The notes beneath the pieces are model-generated. The model saw only the letters and a list, made by a program, of their open reading frames with translations. It was not told the DNA's origin and did not search any database. Below are positions 52,442 through 64,000 of a stretch of 64,000 nt of DNA, piece after piece. Position numbers and translations under genes: made by a program. Source of the DNA: Enoplolaimus lenunculus (lineage: Eukaryota); the NCBI GenBank assembly GCA_030248215.1, contig JASANG010000627.1, positions 372,001 to 436,000 on the forward strand, given 5' to 3'. Each line of letters begins with the position of its first letter. Position 1 is the first letter of the stretch.

Positions 52442-53235
52442 CTATCGTGGATAATGTATAAACCCACCCTGGCGAATAATTTCATTTTGAATTTGCGTAA
52501 TATTAACATCTTGAGTTGCGTGTTGATTCTGAGCAGCGAACCAGCCTGCAATTCCAGCTGCTCTACCAAGTTGCCACAAAGTTGGTTCAACCCTAACGGC
52601 CCCAAAGGTTACATGACTCACCGAGGGACAATTGACCATTAACAAATTGAGGACCTCTGTCCTTTTTGGGGTTAATACTGAATATGGAATATCAAACGCA
52701 AACGCCTTGTATTCCCCTCCAAACGGCGTCTGACCCTCGTTATAAGCGACCAAGTCTGTTCTCAATCCGTTAGCGCAATCTTGTGATACCATATCTGGGT
52801 TCTCTGCCATTGCCTGGTTCAAAGAATCAGATTGGTCTGACCTCAAATACTGTGACAACAGATCTGAGTTGTTTTTCCCACGCTTGCCTACAGACCCATG
52901 CTCGCCGAAACCCAATTTTCCATGCCCTACTTCAGTTGTTCCAAAATGTACGCTACGACAACCGTGTAAGGTTTTACCAATTCGAGCCATAACGTGAATA
53001 TCAATTGACCAATCACCAACGGCAATAGAATCATGATGACGATATAAACCTGAGCGCCGCCTGTCTGATTGAGTAAAAACTCGATCTCCTATTAATCGTC
53101 GAGCTTCGCGAATGTACAGCTGTGGAGGCCAGTGGCCGTTTTCTGGCCATTCGTCTGCGCAAAGGCCGTAACTAGCAACCACAGATCGAATTGGTAACGG
53201 TACAGACGAATCGGTTCGTAAGAAGTATAACATAC
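52442..53235 (-). CDS. FAD-dependent oxidoreductase (FAD_oxidored/PF12831-like, bacterial-type), C-terminal exon only
   Basis: Motifs GMLYFLRTD, YGLCADEWPENGHWPPQLYIREARRLIG, SIAVGDWSIDIH, NEG, FDIPYSVLTPK, NLL, SVSHVTFGAVRVEPT and LGRAAGIA. Preceded by a spliceosomal acceptor ATTTCATTTCAACAG| (phase 1). The N-terminal FAD-binding exons were not found in the window. Confidence 0.85.
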
Positions 53236-55518
53236 CTGTTGAAATGAAATATATTTATAATTGAAATTTTAAATGTTTGCTTAAAATATCGAAACATTTA
53301 GTAAATAAATATTTACTACGAATACCATGGAGCTGATTCAAGTTCAATTCTCGGGTTCCAAAATATACCGGTTACGGTATCGGGTTTTATTCAAAGGGAG
53401 GCGCTGCATTTTTTGGCAATTTTTATGCTTATCCCTTCGTGACCACACGGCACTGCACGATATGTATAGCGACCCTCTTATCACTGTTACTGGCAGCAAA
53501 TCTGGTTCGGTCCATCGAAGTTCGACGCTGCTCGACAAGCAGCTCCTGAACCAAGATTCTTAGTAGACGGTGCCAGAACAATCGCACAAGTGGCAAGAAC
53601 ATTGTTTCTACCAGAAAAGTGTTTTAACGCGGTTGAAAAAATTTTGGGCCATAGAAGGCGGAGTTGTTTGTGTGGGGCGGTGCCCTCACACTCCCTCACT
53701 TCGCCGTATTTGCAGGACTGTCGGCAAGCAGCACAAAGCAACTCTAAGAAAGGCGCTATACTTTTGATGACGTCCGTTGCAGTCCGCCACCGTACGTCAC
53801 TTTTCGGTATCGTACGTGAATTACTCACGTTCGATAACGTATGGTTATGGACGGACTGCGACGGACGGCGCCGTTCGACAAGCATAGCGCTACTCTTAGT
53901 GTGACTATTTATGCATATAAATAATTTTAATGATTTCAATGCCATACGGCATCGTTCGCCGTCGTTCGGCGCACATCGAAAATCATTTGCCATACGGTGA
54001 CAACCGTCACCGGATACGAAGTTGTAGAAAATATAGATGATTCGGCTTGCGGCGCTAGACGCGCCCCACGAAAACTATACCACCAGCCTAAGACTGTACG
54101 TGGCTTGCACGAACTTACTGTACAGATGTCACTGCACCCAGCGCCTCTAAATCTTAGTAGATTTAGGCTTTCGGCAGCTGGAATCACATTTCTGTGAAAA
54201 TGTGTGAGCTCTTGGGCTGCACAGAAATTCTGGGAATAATATCTCGGCGGAAAGACCCCGTGCAAGCTTGTGTCGGTAGACACAGCTTTGAGTCGGAAGG
54301 ATCTGAGCCAAAATACGCAGCCCTTGAAGTTTCGGTGTCCCGGAGAGTTGCTACGGGCATGTGTGCACAGGTTGGACAATTGCTGAAAATCGAAATGTTA
54401 AGCAGACTTTTCAGATCTGTCCGGTTGGAGCTGTAAGTGCTCTCGTGGCCCGGAAAGTATGAAAACAGTTCTGAATAGGTGATATTGTATCGGTTCGAGA
54501 CTAATTTCAGTGTTTTTGGGTCGAAAACAGTAGTTTCGGATAACTCGAATTTTGTGAAATATCGTTTTGATCTGAATTTTACCAAATTCAGATATTTTGG
54601 CTGTAAAAGTGTGTAATAGGTTTGTAAATGTGCTGAATTTGATGGAATGCATCTAAAAACACTTAATTCTAGCGAAATTTTCGTTTTCTGCGTATTTGAA
54701 AACCTATAGAAATTTCGATTACCATCGAAATTTATTATAATTATTAGCTATCTTAAAAATATTTTCGTGTACTTTTGGCTTGTTATGCGGAGGAGAGACA
54801 TCTTTAATTTGTGTATATTGTTGCAGTTTTGAATTTAATAACACGTGGTTTTCCGTTTTCGTTTAGTTTTGTATTATTATTGGAAATTTAATACAGAATT
54901 AGTGTGGTGTGCGTAGGTGGTTTAGGAGTTATAGAGGTGTCTTGTTACGAATTTCGGAACTAGGTTGACTTTCTCTGTTTCTACCGAAACCGGTTATGCA
55001 AAATTATATAATTTTGCATAATCTTTAAATTTTCCCCTGTCCGCCGCTGATTTTGTTGGGAGGATAGAGGACTGATAGTCATTTTTGTGCTATTGATTTT
55101 GTGGTTTAAATTTTCAAGCAGTTTTGAGGGTGGATTGATTTTGCTTTTCGGTAACAACATGCGGAGTTTTACGGGTTTAAATAACTCCCTGCGGCAGCAG
55201 CGGAGTTGGACCTGGGCGACCGGGGAGGATTGGTGTCACTGGTCAGCGGCGGAATCCCCGTTCTGGTCTGGGTTGTCACAAGCAAATCCGCAGATTCGGC
55301 CGTTACCACGGCCCGAATCGGTCATCCCTGAATTATTGGTAAGAGTTATTTATTTACTTGCTTACACCATGGTCATTGCGTTACACCGGTGTTTAACTGC
55401 TCTTGAGATTATCGAGAAGGTTAAAGCCGGTCGATAAATTGTCGTATTATTTATTTTTAGCCGTGGGGTAGAATTACAACTAAGATCATTGGCGGGCAAT
55501 TAATTTTATTCGGTTGAA

Positions 55519-55674
55519 ATGGCAAGAAGTACACCATCGTCCCCGTTAAATCCTGAAGCTGACGAGTTTCAGCCTTCCACATCTGGGGTTCGGTGGGCGG
55601 TAGCTCACTTAACGCCTGAGGTCGAAGCTGAGCTCGAGGCTCTGCGAATGCGTAACGCCGAGGAGGATGCGCTG
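55519..55674 (+). CDS. Putative micro-gene first coding exon with a PAM2 (PABP-interacting) motif
   Basis: Encodes MARSTPSSPLNPEADEFQPSTSG...EVEAELEALRMRNAEEDAL and ends at donor |GTAAGG. Upstream acceptor TTTATTTTTAG at 55460. Candidate further phase-0 exons at 55838-55876 and 55997-56071. Confidence 0.45.
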
Positions 55675-56947
55675 GTAAGGTTTGCTCTATTTCTTTAGTT
55701 CGGGTGTACTTGTTGCCAGAATGTAGGTGTTAGTTTTCCTAACCCAGCGTTATATGTTGTTTTGCTAATAAATTAATAGGTTGAGTTCCTGCACATAGCA
55801 TTTACTTCACACACACACGTTTAATCATTTACGTTAGATGTCGGGCTCGGGACTACCGCCCCGTCCCCGTTTCTTTGTAAATATCGTCGTTGAATTAACC
55901 CGCATTTTTCTCGTGTCTCTGAGTACTTACGCTAGTCACGCATGCGCTGAGCTTAGGTTGAGTTGAGTTGCCTGAGTTTTGAATGTGTTAATTTAGATGT
56001 TAACCGGACCCGGATATTTCAATTGTTTTATCAAGCATCGTTTGAGATTTTTAGCCAGTTTGAGTTCATAGATTGATTGCTCGCAAGCCGAAAACATTTT
56101 CGGCTGTTGTCTTTTCTGTCAAATTATTCGGCGCGTTTAGAATTCTGGAATTCGTTGTTTTAGCGGCGCCTGTGAGATTTCGTAACTTAGGCCGATGTGA
56201 TTTGTTACGTGAAATTAAGCGCGATGGAAAATTTGCGGCGCTCATAACTCACTGTTATTCGCGCCGGCCCAATTCGTTTGATTGTCACGCGGTAGGGTGA
56301 CAATGTGCATTTTCTAGTTAGATCCGTAGTCGGAATCCTTAGGGGTGATCAGATTGGTTTGCACTTATCTTTCGGTGACCGGTTTCTTGCAGGAACGCTT
56401 ATGCTTAGGGTATTTCGCTGGATTTTCCTGCTTCGGTGTGATGCTCTTAGGCTGAGTGAAGTTACGGTTCTCGAAACATGGGTGTATTTCGATCTGGTTA
56501 CGCTGGGGTGACTGCTATTCTCGCGGATCCCCGTGATTCCCTGTGTCGGTGACTTTGGAACGAACCTACTCCAGTCGCGGGCCTAGCACAGCATAACGCA
56601 TTTGATCATTTTCTATCCATAAGCAGAAAGTTGCCGAGGGTAGGCGGCGCCTTAAAACTTTCTGACTTATAGTGGCAAGAAATGAAAATTACATAAGTTT
56701 TCAATACAAAAAAGAGGGAAAAGGGACTGAAGCAATGCGCGGACACCGAAAAAAAAAAATAAAGCGAGGGTCGGGTAAAGAAATCTGTAAACACTTACAC
56801 CTGTTGTACATTACACGCAACCTAATACGCTGCTGTAGTAACCAGCACACTGAAGTTACAAAAGCTGCAATGCCTATCACTAGCCCCCAAACGTACCTGG
56901 TGTACACATGATATTGACCAAGTTCCATTAAACCGAAAATATTTTAC

Positions 56948-59900
56948 CTGACGGACAGCACACACTGGTCCGTTCGCTAGAACCCAAATGACAGTAATAT
57001 CCAGAATCGCAGTATGCGTCTGATTCACACCTGATTGGTCGATCAAATCCGTCGCGGGCGACATCGCCTTTTGAACACGGATTAATAAACTCTGAAACAC
57101 AACAATGACTTCAATTTTCACTAACAAACAAGGCCACATGTACCGGATTGAAAACTCGAGGGCCCTAATACTGAACAAAATGCGCGCCAAATTTAAAATC
57201 AATAGAAATTTCTGACGAGAGAGTAGAGGGCCCTAATACTGAACAAAATGCGCGCCAAATTTAAAATCAATAGAAATTTCTGACGAGAGAGTAGAGGGCC
57301 CTAATACTGAACAAAATGCGCGCCAAATTTAAAATCAATAGAAATTTCTGACGAGAGAGTAGAGGGCCCTAATACTGAACAAAATGCGCGCCAAATTTAA
57401 AATCAATAGAAATTTCTGACGAGAGAGTAGAGGACCCTAATACTGAACAAAATGCGCGCCAAATTTAAAATCAATAGAAATTTCTGACGAGAGAGTAGAG
57501 GGCCCTAATACTGAACAAAATGCGCGCCAAATTTAAAATCAATAGAAATTTCTGACGAGAGAGTAGAGGGCCCTAATACTGAACAAAATGCGCGCCAAAT
57601 TTAAAATCAATAGAAATTTCTGACGAGAGAGTAGAGGGCCCTAATACTGAACAAAATGCGCGCCAAATTTAAAATCAATAGAAATTTCTGACGAGAGAGC
57701 AGAGGGCCCTAATACTGAACAAAATGCGCGCCAAATTTAAAATCAATAGAAATTTCTGACGAGAGAGTAAGTATGTCTGTGTGCACAGCTTATGGAAATG
57801 CGGCATCAGAAAAGCCTCTGATCGCTCAAGTTAGTATTATCAAGAGTGGATGATATATAACATAACAAGAGTGTGCAACGGGCTGCATTCTGTGTACAAA
57901 AGAATGCAACCAGTGCACGTTGCGTTTTTGGCCGACCCTCCCCTCACCCATCTTTATTTAGACGGGGGTTGAAATTCGCGCACAGCGAGAGAAATAAATA
58001 ATATGTCATGAGTCAAAAAACTTACAAAATATTATATCATGGTACAATGAGCCCCTTCTAAATAAGGGGGTATAGCAAAAATGCAACGCGTGGTGGTACT
58101 TTTTGTGCCACGCAAAAATCCGACCGTTGCATACTCTTGTCCGTGATCATCCACTCTTGGTATTACAGACCGTCGCCCGAGTTATTTTCCAAAACGATGG
58201 ATTAATTGCACATTGGTGAATGTTTTAGCTATTCTCATGAAGCTGCTTCTTATTTCTCCATGCATTTTGTGAGGTAATATATTCCCAAGCATTCCCACTG
58301 TTTAAAATTCTGTTTCATGATGAAAAAAATCTTACCAGGACACGCTTTTTCGCAGCCGATTTTCGATATGAACAAATTTTCGTTGCCACGCAGTCCTTTA
58401 TAAATAAGCTGTTCGCAGCGTTGCGAATTTGCGTTGAAGTAGTATCGTGTTAAATTGTGAACACCTGTCCCGTGAATCCTTGGCAACTCGCAAATATTAT
58501 CTCCTGTGCAATAGAATGAAACTCATACCTGAACAAATACGCAAACTTAATTGCACTGCGATATACAACTCGCTAACGTTTTGTAATTTGGGCGGAAATC
58601 AATTGAAAAATCATTGAAAAGTAATTTAAGAACAAAAGAGGGCACGGTTAAATTTAACACAACATTGTTTCCTTCCTTGTGCAAACTGCGTATAAGCAAT
58701 TAAGCGCTATTTACACGTGCAAATTTTTGCAGCGAGAACTCGCAGCTACAAATGGCACGAAATACTTGCAGCTGCAAGTATATGCAAGAAACCATCACTT
58801 GAATTCAGAATGTTGACATGAATTTAGTTGAATAATTTGCAGATGACTGCAAAAAATATCAAGCATGAATTATAAATGATAAATTAATGCTACATGCAAG
58901 GCTTTCGTATCTACGAATAAATTCTTGGTGAATATTCATCATGAATAAATTGCAGCTGTATCTTCTTCAAATAAATTTTCAAACAAAACATACAGCTGAA
59001 ACTTAGCTGCAAAACGTTCACGAGTATGGAAGATTTTACTCAAAATTTAATTTCTTACAGATGCAATTTCTATTCTGATTCGTCTAATTAATTATATTTT
59101 GGAGAAAATTGTAGTCATTTTCAATTTCTAATTTTTACACATTTTGATTAGATTCTTATGTTCAATTCCAAAATATAGACATTGCGATTCGGTTTTTATT
59201 TTCAGTTCCATTTTTGGATTATATGAATACTTATCAAATTTAAGTCGAAATATTTTTCCACTCTCAAACAACAGCAATGAAGTTTAACACGTTTATAAGA
59301 TTTGAATCTTTAAAATCTTTATTAAATTTTGGCAATTCCATAATACTACATTTGAATTGACTGTCAATTCCAATCTACTCAGTCAGAGGTATGTTTCAAT
59401 TGCTAAACACCATGTTTGTAGGGAGTAACTATTGACATTGTCAGAGCGATATAAAAACTGAAATAAAATTCAATTCAATGAACAGCATTTTACTCTGGTG
59501 TTCAATTGCTTAATTGGCTATTGTTTTAACATGCATGTCATAGAAATGAAATTTTATCCAATTCCTAAAAACGCCTTAAGTGAATTTTATTCATTGAAAA
59601 CTTAGTTCAATTGTAATACCTGAAAACTTCACATGTCTAAATTTTGAATTTTTCCCGAATTGAAATTCAGTTTTCCACGAAGCCACTGCTTTAATTGTGG
59701 AGTATGCATAAATTCAAAGTCTAAATTAAAACTTCCAGAAGCTGTCAGCAACACAGTTTCTGATTGTCCAATCGAAATGCAGGTGCACTTATTCAAGCAA
59801 CTTGCAACTGACAAGTAATACACGTTCACTTTTGCTGTAAAAACTTACACGTGTGAAAAGGGCTTTAAAACCAGAGACTGGTGCGATTGCATACTTTAAC

Positions 59901-62900
59901 TTTTATTCCAAACAAATTGTCATTTATACTTAAAGAGCTGAGTAATCTAAGTTCAAGCTAACATATAAACTTGAAACTGCTGGAAGAGAGGGATTCAGCA
60001 GCACTGTTATAGTCCATGGATTTTGACACTCGAGCATGTGGCAAATTTTGTCTGTTGAACAATTTCTACTCCGCAAACGCGCGTTAGATAATAATCATGG
60101 TGGATTGTCTATTCCTGATGCAAATTTTTCAATTTTGATATACTTAATTGCACTCTGATGTTAAATTCGAACACTACCATAATCATCTGATTGTAGAATT
60201 TGCAGAAAGCTTTTCATTCGTTTTGGAATAATGCGACTCTATACCCGTTTGCCACAACTTAAACTGATGATTTCGTCAGTTTAACGCAACGTTTTACGTG
60301 CAAACAAACTGTCTTTATTTTGTATTAAATGTTGTTAAATAACACACGTCAGCTTTAGCATGCCAAAAAGGTTAAGATGAATTTCTTAAGGATGAATACG
60401 TACAGCACAAAAATTCCGAAAACAAATTCAGTAGGTAGCTTAGAAATTGGGTGTTTTCTGGTTAATCCTGTCAGCCGGGCCTTTTTCTGAAAATGTTCAA
60501 AGTTTAAATTTTTATTTTTCATATTTGCGTTTCATGTGACCTGTTTCGGTAAAATTTGTACAATTCTTGATCAATCTAACAGTTGAGCTTTCCCAATTCA
60601 TAGCATTTTAGACCAATAACAGGACCGTAACAGTGGTATAAATATACTCCTAAGCCAAAGCCAAAGCCTATGCATGCGAATGAACTTATACCAAAACGTA
60701 CCAATGAGCTTATATTTAAGCCTAAGGCCAAAATAGTCAATAGCAGAAAGCTTACTCTATTGCAATCCAGCAAAAAAACCATCTGCCCCGATCTTTACAT
60801 GGGCCACAATATACAATTAAATGTTTCGTAAGAAGTATGAGCATAAAGTGTGTTTATAGGTAAAAACTTAGTTGAAGCTAAAAGCACGTTTTAACGTCAG
60901 CATTCTGCAAGGCATGTTAGTGACAACAAAAAACGAGGTTAATAGTGCCGAAATATATTAACAGACAGATCTCATGCGCTGTAGACGTTAACAAACTAGG
61001 CATTTTGAAACCATTGCGGAATCAAAGAATACAACATAACAGACATTCAAAGTAATACCTTGCGATGGACAACACATTGTTGTTTTTGGCTCGCCGCCAA
61101 TATGACAATAATACCCGGATGGACATATGCTTGGACTCAACGCAGAACACTGTAGCACCTGTCCATCTTGTTTTGCTGGTGTGCCGATGGCACATGGATT
61201 AACTAAAATATCAACAATATTAACATACAGGACCATAAAATGTACATTGACTTTTAAACGTATTTAAAGAGTTTTCGCATTTCAGTTTTTTTAAAAACTT
61301 AGGAAGACTTATCTGAGGGGGTCCCAGGGCTTGAACTACGGTAGCTCATGTACACGATTTCAAGCAATCGCAAAGCTGTTAAAATGTGATAATTCACAAA
61401 TTCAGTGTTGCACGAAATTAAATTTGAAATTTGATAAGGACAATCCGACGTAGCCAAGGTGGGCAGGGTCACTCAGCCCCGCTAAAAAACTTTGGCTTCC
61501 CTTGAAAATTTTCAACCTTGTTTGTATTAAGACCTTGAAAATCTGCGTATACCTCTGCTGAAAATTTTTTATCCCCATTGGCAACGCGAGCTGGCTACGG
61601 GCCTGCGGCACTATTTAGTGCGTTTTCGCACAATTGTGAAAACAGTTTAAAAAATTATTTACTAGACACTGTAAAGTGAATGCAACTAAAACTATATTTT
61701 GATAATTCAACTAACCAAAACATGCATTATCGCAGTCGGCTTTGGTCAAAAAGTTATTCTGGTTGCCTTGCCGGCCTCGGTACGTAAATCGCCGGCACTG
61801 ATAAATCATCGGATCGTACGCAAATCGTGCCAGTTGTTCACTGCCGGTGCCGTCGACGATTGGCTGGTCGCAAATCGGCTTCGCTAAAAATTACGCTTTT
61901 GTTGTTCAGTATTCGCAAAATATGAAGAGGCTGCGTACAACGAAATGTAAAGCAGAACCAGTTCTACATCATTCGGGTCCCCTCTCGTGTGGGCAACTGT
62001 GACCCTGTGATTTATTGAATCTTTATGTGGGTTGCCAGGACCTCTTGTTGTTCATCGAAGCCTCTTTGTTGGTTGCAGAGGCATTATTCAAGAAAAAATC
62101 GCACAATCATTAATCTATTCGAAGATATTTTGCGTACTCCTTCAAATTCAATGTTTTTAGGCGCGTTTGAAGGTTTCCGGCATGGTCAAAATTTTGACAA
62201 TTTTTTTCAAGTGTAACCAATCCATTTTATTGAGTCACTGTAGAGTCAGGGCCCCCTGAAGAGGCGAGCCCCTCACGGTTGGCTTGGGGGATGAATGCTA
62301 GTTTTGGCACTGAATGTAACTAACTTACAGCTTTTAGGACAGCATACAGTAGTCATTACAGTCGAACCAACATGACAATAGTAATTCGCAGGGCACGTAT
62401 TAGTGACTACAATGCTGAAGCCACATTTTAAATAGTTTCCACTGCCGTCATCCATTGGTTTTCCGTAAAGACACGGATTCGGTTGTTCTGTTAATATTCA
62501 AGTGACACATTAATAATTAATATCAGGTAACTTGTAAGCATAAAATCTGAGTCGCTGCCTAATTATATGACAGTTGCTTATTACATTAATAATAAAACCG
62601 GAAGTGCCTTATAAAATTGCTCACTTTCCATTAACGGCGAGCGCACGTAAGTAGCTAGTAGATATATACTTACATAAAAATTGGGCCTGTACCGATGAGA
62701 TGAGGGCTCATAGCCTAAAAATGTTTTGACCCAAAGTTACTGCATGCCCTCAACTCTCCTGAAAAGTCCTGCTTTTTCCTAGCAAGCTGAGCTGCCTACA
62801 AACTTGACATAAGCTGAAATTCTTCAAATTATTTATAGATAAAAGTTAAAATTAATGTGGTAGACGCTGTTCAATATTGTATTTCATTTAGGAAATCTTT

Positions 62901-63112
62901 TACCCTCAAATATAAAACGGAATAAAAATATTTTTCATAAAGTTCACCTGGACACGCAGCTCGACATTCGTACAGCGATGCGAAATTGTTTCGATTGCCG
63001 CCTGAACCAAAATACGTAAAACGTTCGCAAACGCGAGTTTTTTCGTTGAACGCAAAGCGTTTAATTTGCAACGAACCAACGCCTGCGTCTTGTTTTTGTG
63101 AGCATGGATCGA
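56948..63112 (-). CDS. Alternating Kunitz/BPTI and Lustrin-cystein (WR1/DC) repeat extracellular protein, internal exons only
   Basis: Six phase-1/1 exons: 63112-62948 (Kunitz), 62487-62329 (Lustrin), 61883-61716 (Kunitz), 61202-61059 (Lustrin), 58503-58336 (Kunitz) and 57091-56948 (Lustrin, EFINPC...YYCHLG...VCCPS). Kunitz motif F.Y.G..GN.NNF...C...C is present. The 5' end lies beyond the window; the 3' end was not found. Confidence 0.9.
57158..57769 (+). repeat. 68-bp tandem array, 9 nearly identical copies, intronic
   Basis: Unit GAGGGCCCTAATACTGAACAAAATGCGCGCCAAATTTAAAATCAATAGAAATTTCTGACGAGAGAGTA. Only two substitutions seen (copies 5 and 8). Confidence 0.95.
57841..58159. mobile_element. 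MITE with bipartite TIRs and a ~7-bp TSD (superfamily uncertain)
   Basis: CAAGAGTGGATGAT..ACAAGAGTGTGCAACGG / CCGTTGCATACTCTTGT..ATCATCCACTCTTG, flanked by gtattat/gtattac. Confidence 0.75.
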
Positions 63113-64000
63113 CTTAAAGTTGAAAATTCGTTGAAATTTTTGGCCCATATAAAGGTCTCCCCAGAAGTCTAAGGTTATTCCTGGAAGTCCAGTCTTCTGT
63201 CTCCCAGCGATCAAGTCTATAACTAACATGGGTCAAAATTTTAGACCATGATGGTTGACAAAAGATTAGAGCCTACCGTTTACTCGAACAACTCGTGTTT
63301 AGAATCGTCTTTAAAGTTAATGAAATTATAACGAAATTATGGCAATTAAGATGGATCAATGGCGCGGCAAGGAATGAGCGCTCCTGAGAGTCCCGGCAAC
63401 ACCGATCCATCATGCTGCTTAAAAAAATTTTCCGCCTTCGGCTCAATTTTAGTTAAACATTCCATTATTCACACTAATATTTATCATCTCGCTCGCTTCG
63501 CTCCGTTTTCTTTAGCCGGTACATTTTGCCCATCAACGTCAGTGCCCCCTGTTTTTTAGATAAACTAATGCGCCCTGGTAGGTCTTGGTACCTTACAAGC
63601 AAGTTCCGTCGCACAAGCGGCAGCCTCTTCTGAAACTGTAGCCACGGCAATGAAATAGTTCACGTGATTTTCGTTGAAGTCCAATTATAACGATTGTGGG
63701 CAAAATATACCAAGTTAATTACATTAAACTAACGTAGCGATGTGTATTTAACTCGAAAAAAGTTTAACAATTTACCAGCACAATTCATTTACTATGGTGC
63801 ATTGACAAATTTGATTGCCTTCGACTAAAATATCTCTAGGCGTATAACATTCAATATCCTCGAGCAGTTTTACTAATCTGTTGAGCACAACTGCTTGTAA
63901 ATATTATTCCAGTGCCGTAAATTTTCGTTTGGGAAATTTAACACAACAACGAATTAAAGTCACCATTTTGGTTCACATTTCTTTTGGAAAATCGCACCGA

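Noticed and set aside
53344..54652. Overlapping ORFs as transposase or as upstream oxidoreductase exons
   Set aside because: No DDE, RT or GxGxxG/FAD motifs; the region is largely nested MITE sequence.
57158..57769. CRISPR array
   Set aside because: Head-to-tail identical 68-bp units with no unique spacers, intronic in a eukaryotic gene, and no cas genes.

Overview
AT-rich, intron-containing eukaryotic genomic DNA, most likely from a large-genome nematode (abundant TTAGGC repeats, a nematode-type TWK channel C-terminus, an alternating Kunitz/Lustrin gene). Genes I could build by hand: the 3' part of a C2H2 zinc-finger gene (+), a 3-exon NNMT/PNMT/TEMT-family methyltransferase (+), a single-pass membrane protein with a decayed mucin-like stalk (-), a 10-exon Rab geranylgeranyltransferase beta subunit with one GC-AG intron (-), a 6-exon two-pore K+ channel (-), the terminal exon of a bacterial-type FAD-dependent oxidoreductase (-), and six exons of a Kunitz/Lustrin-repeat gene (-). 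Intergenic and intronic DNA is packed with often-nested non-autonomous transposons (hAT-like, Merlin-like with telomeric repeats, TA-TSD MITEs, Helitron/Helentron relics, foldbacks), minisatellites and a degenerate tRNA-Thr(GGT). The most unusual region is 52.4-57.8 kb. There a 3'-incomplete Kunitz/Lustrin gene and a 5'-incomplete, putatively horizontally acquired oxidoreductase face each other with phase-compatible splice sites. The 3.7-kb block between them carries an antisense micro-ORF with a PAM2 (PABP-binding) motif. A repeat/variable-spacer array also follows the zinc-finger stop codon. All calls were made by eye; no database searches were run.
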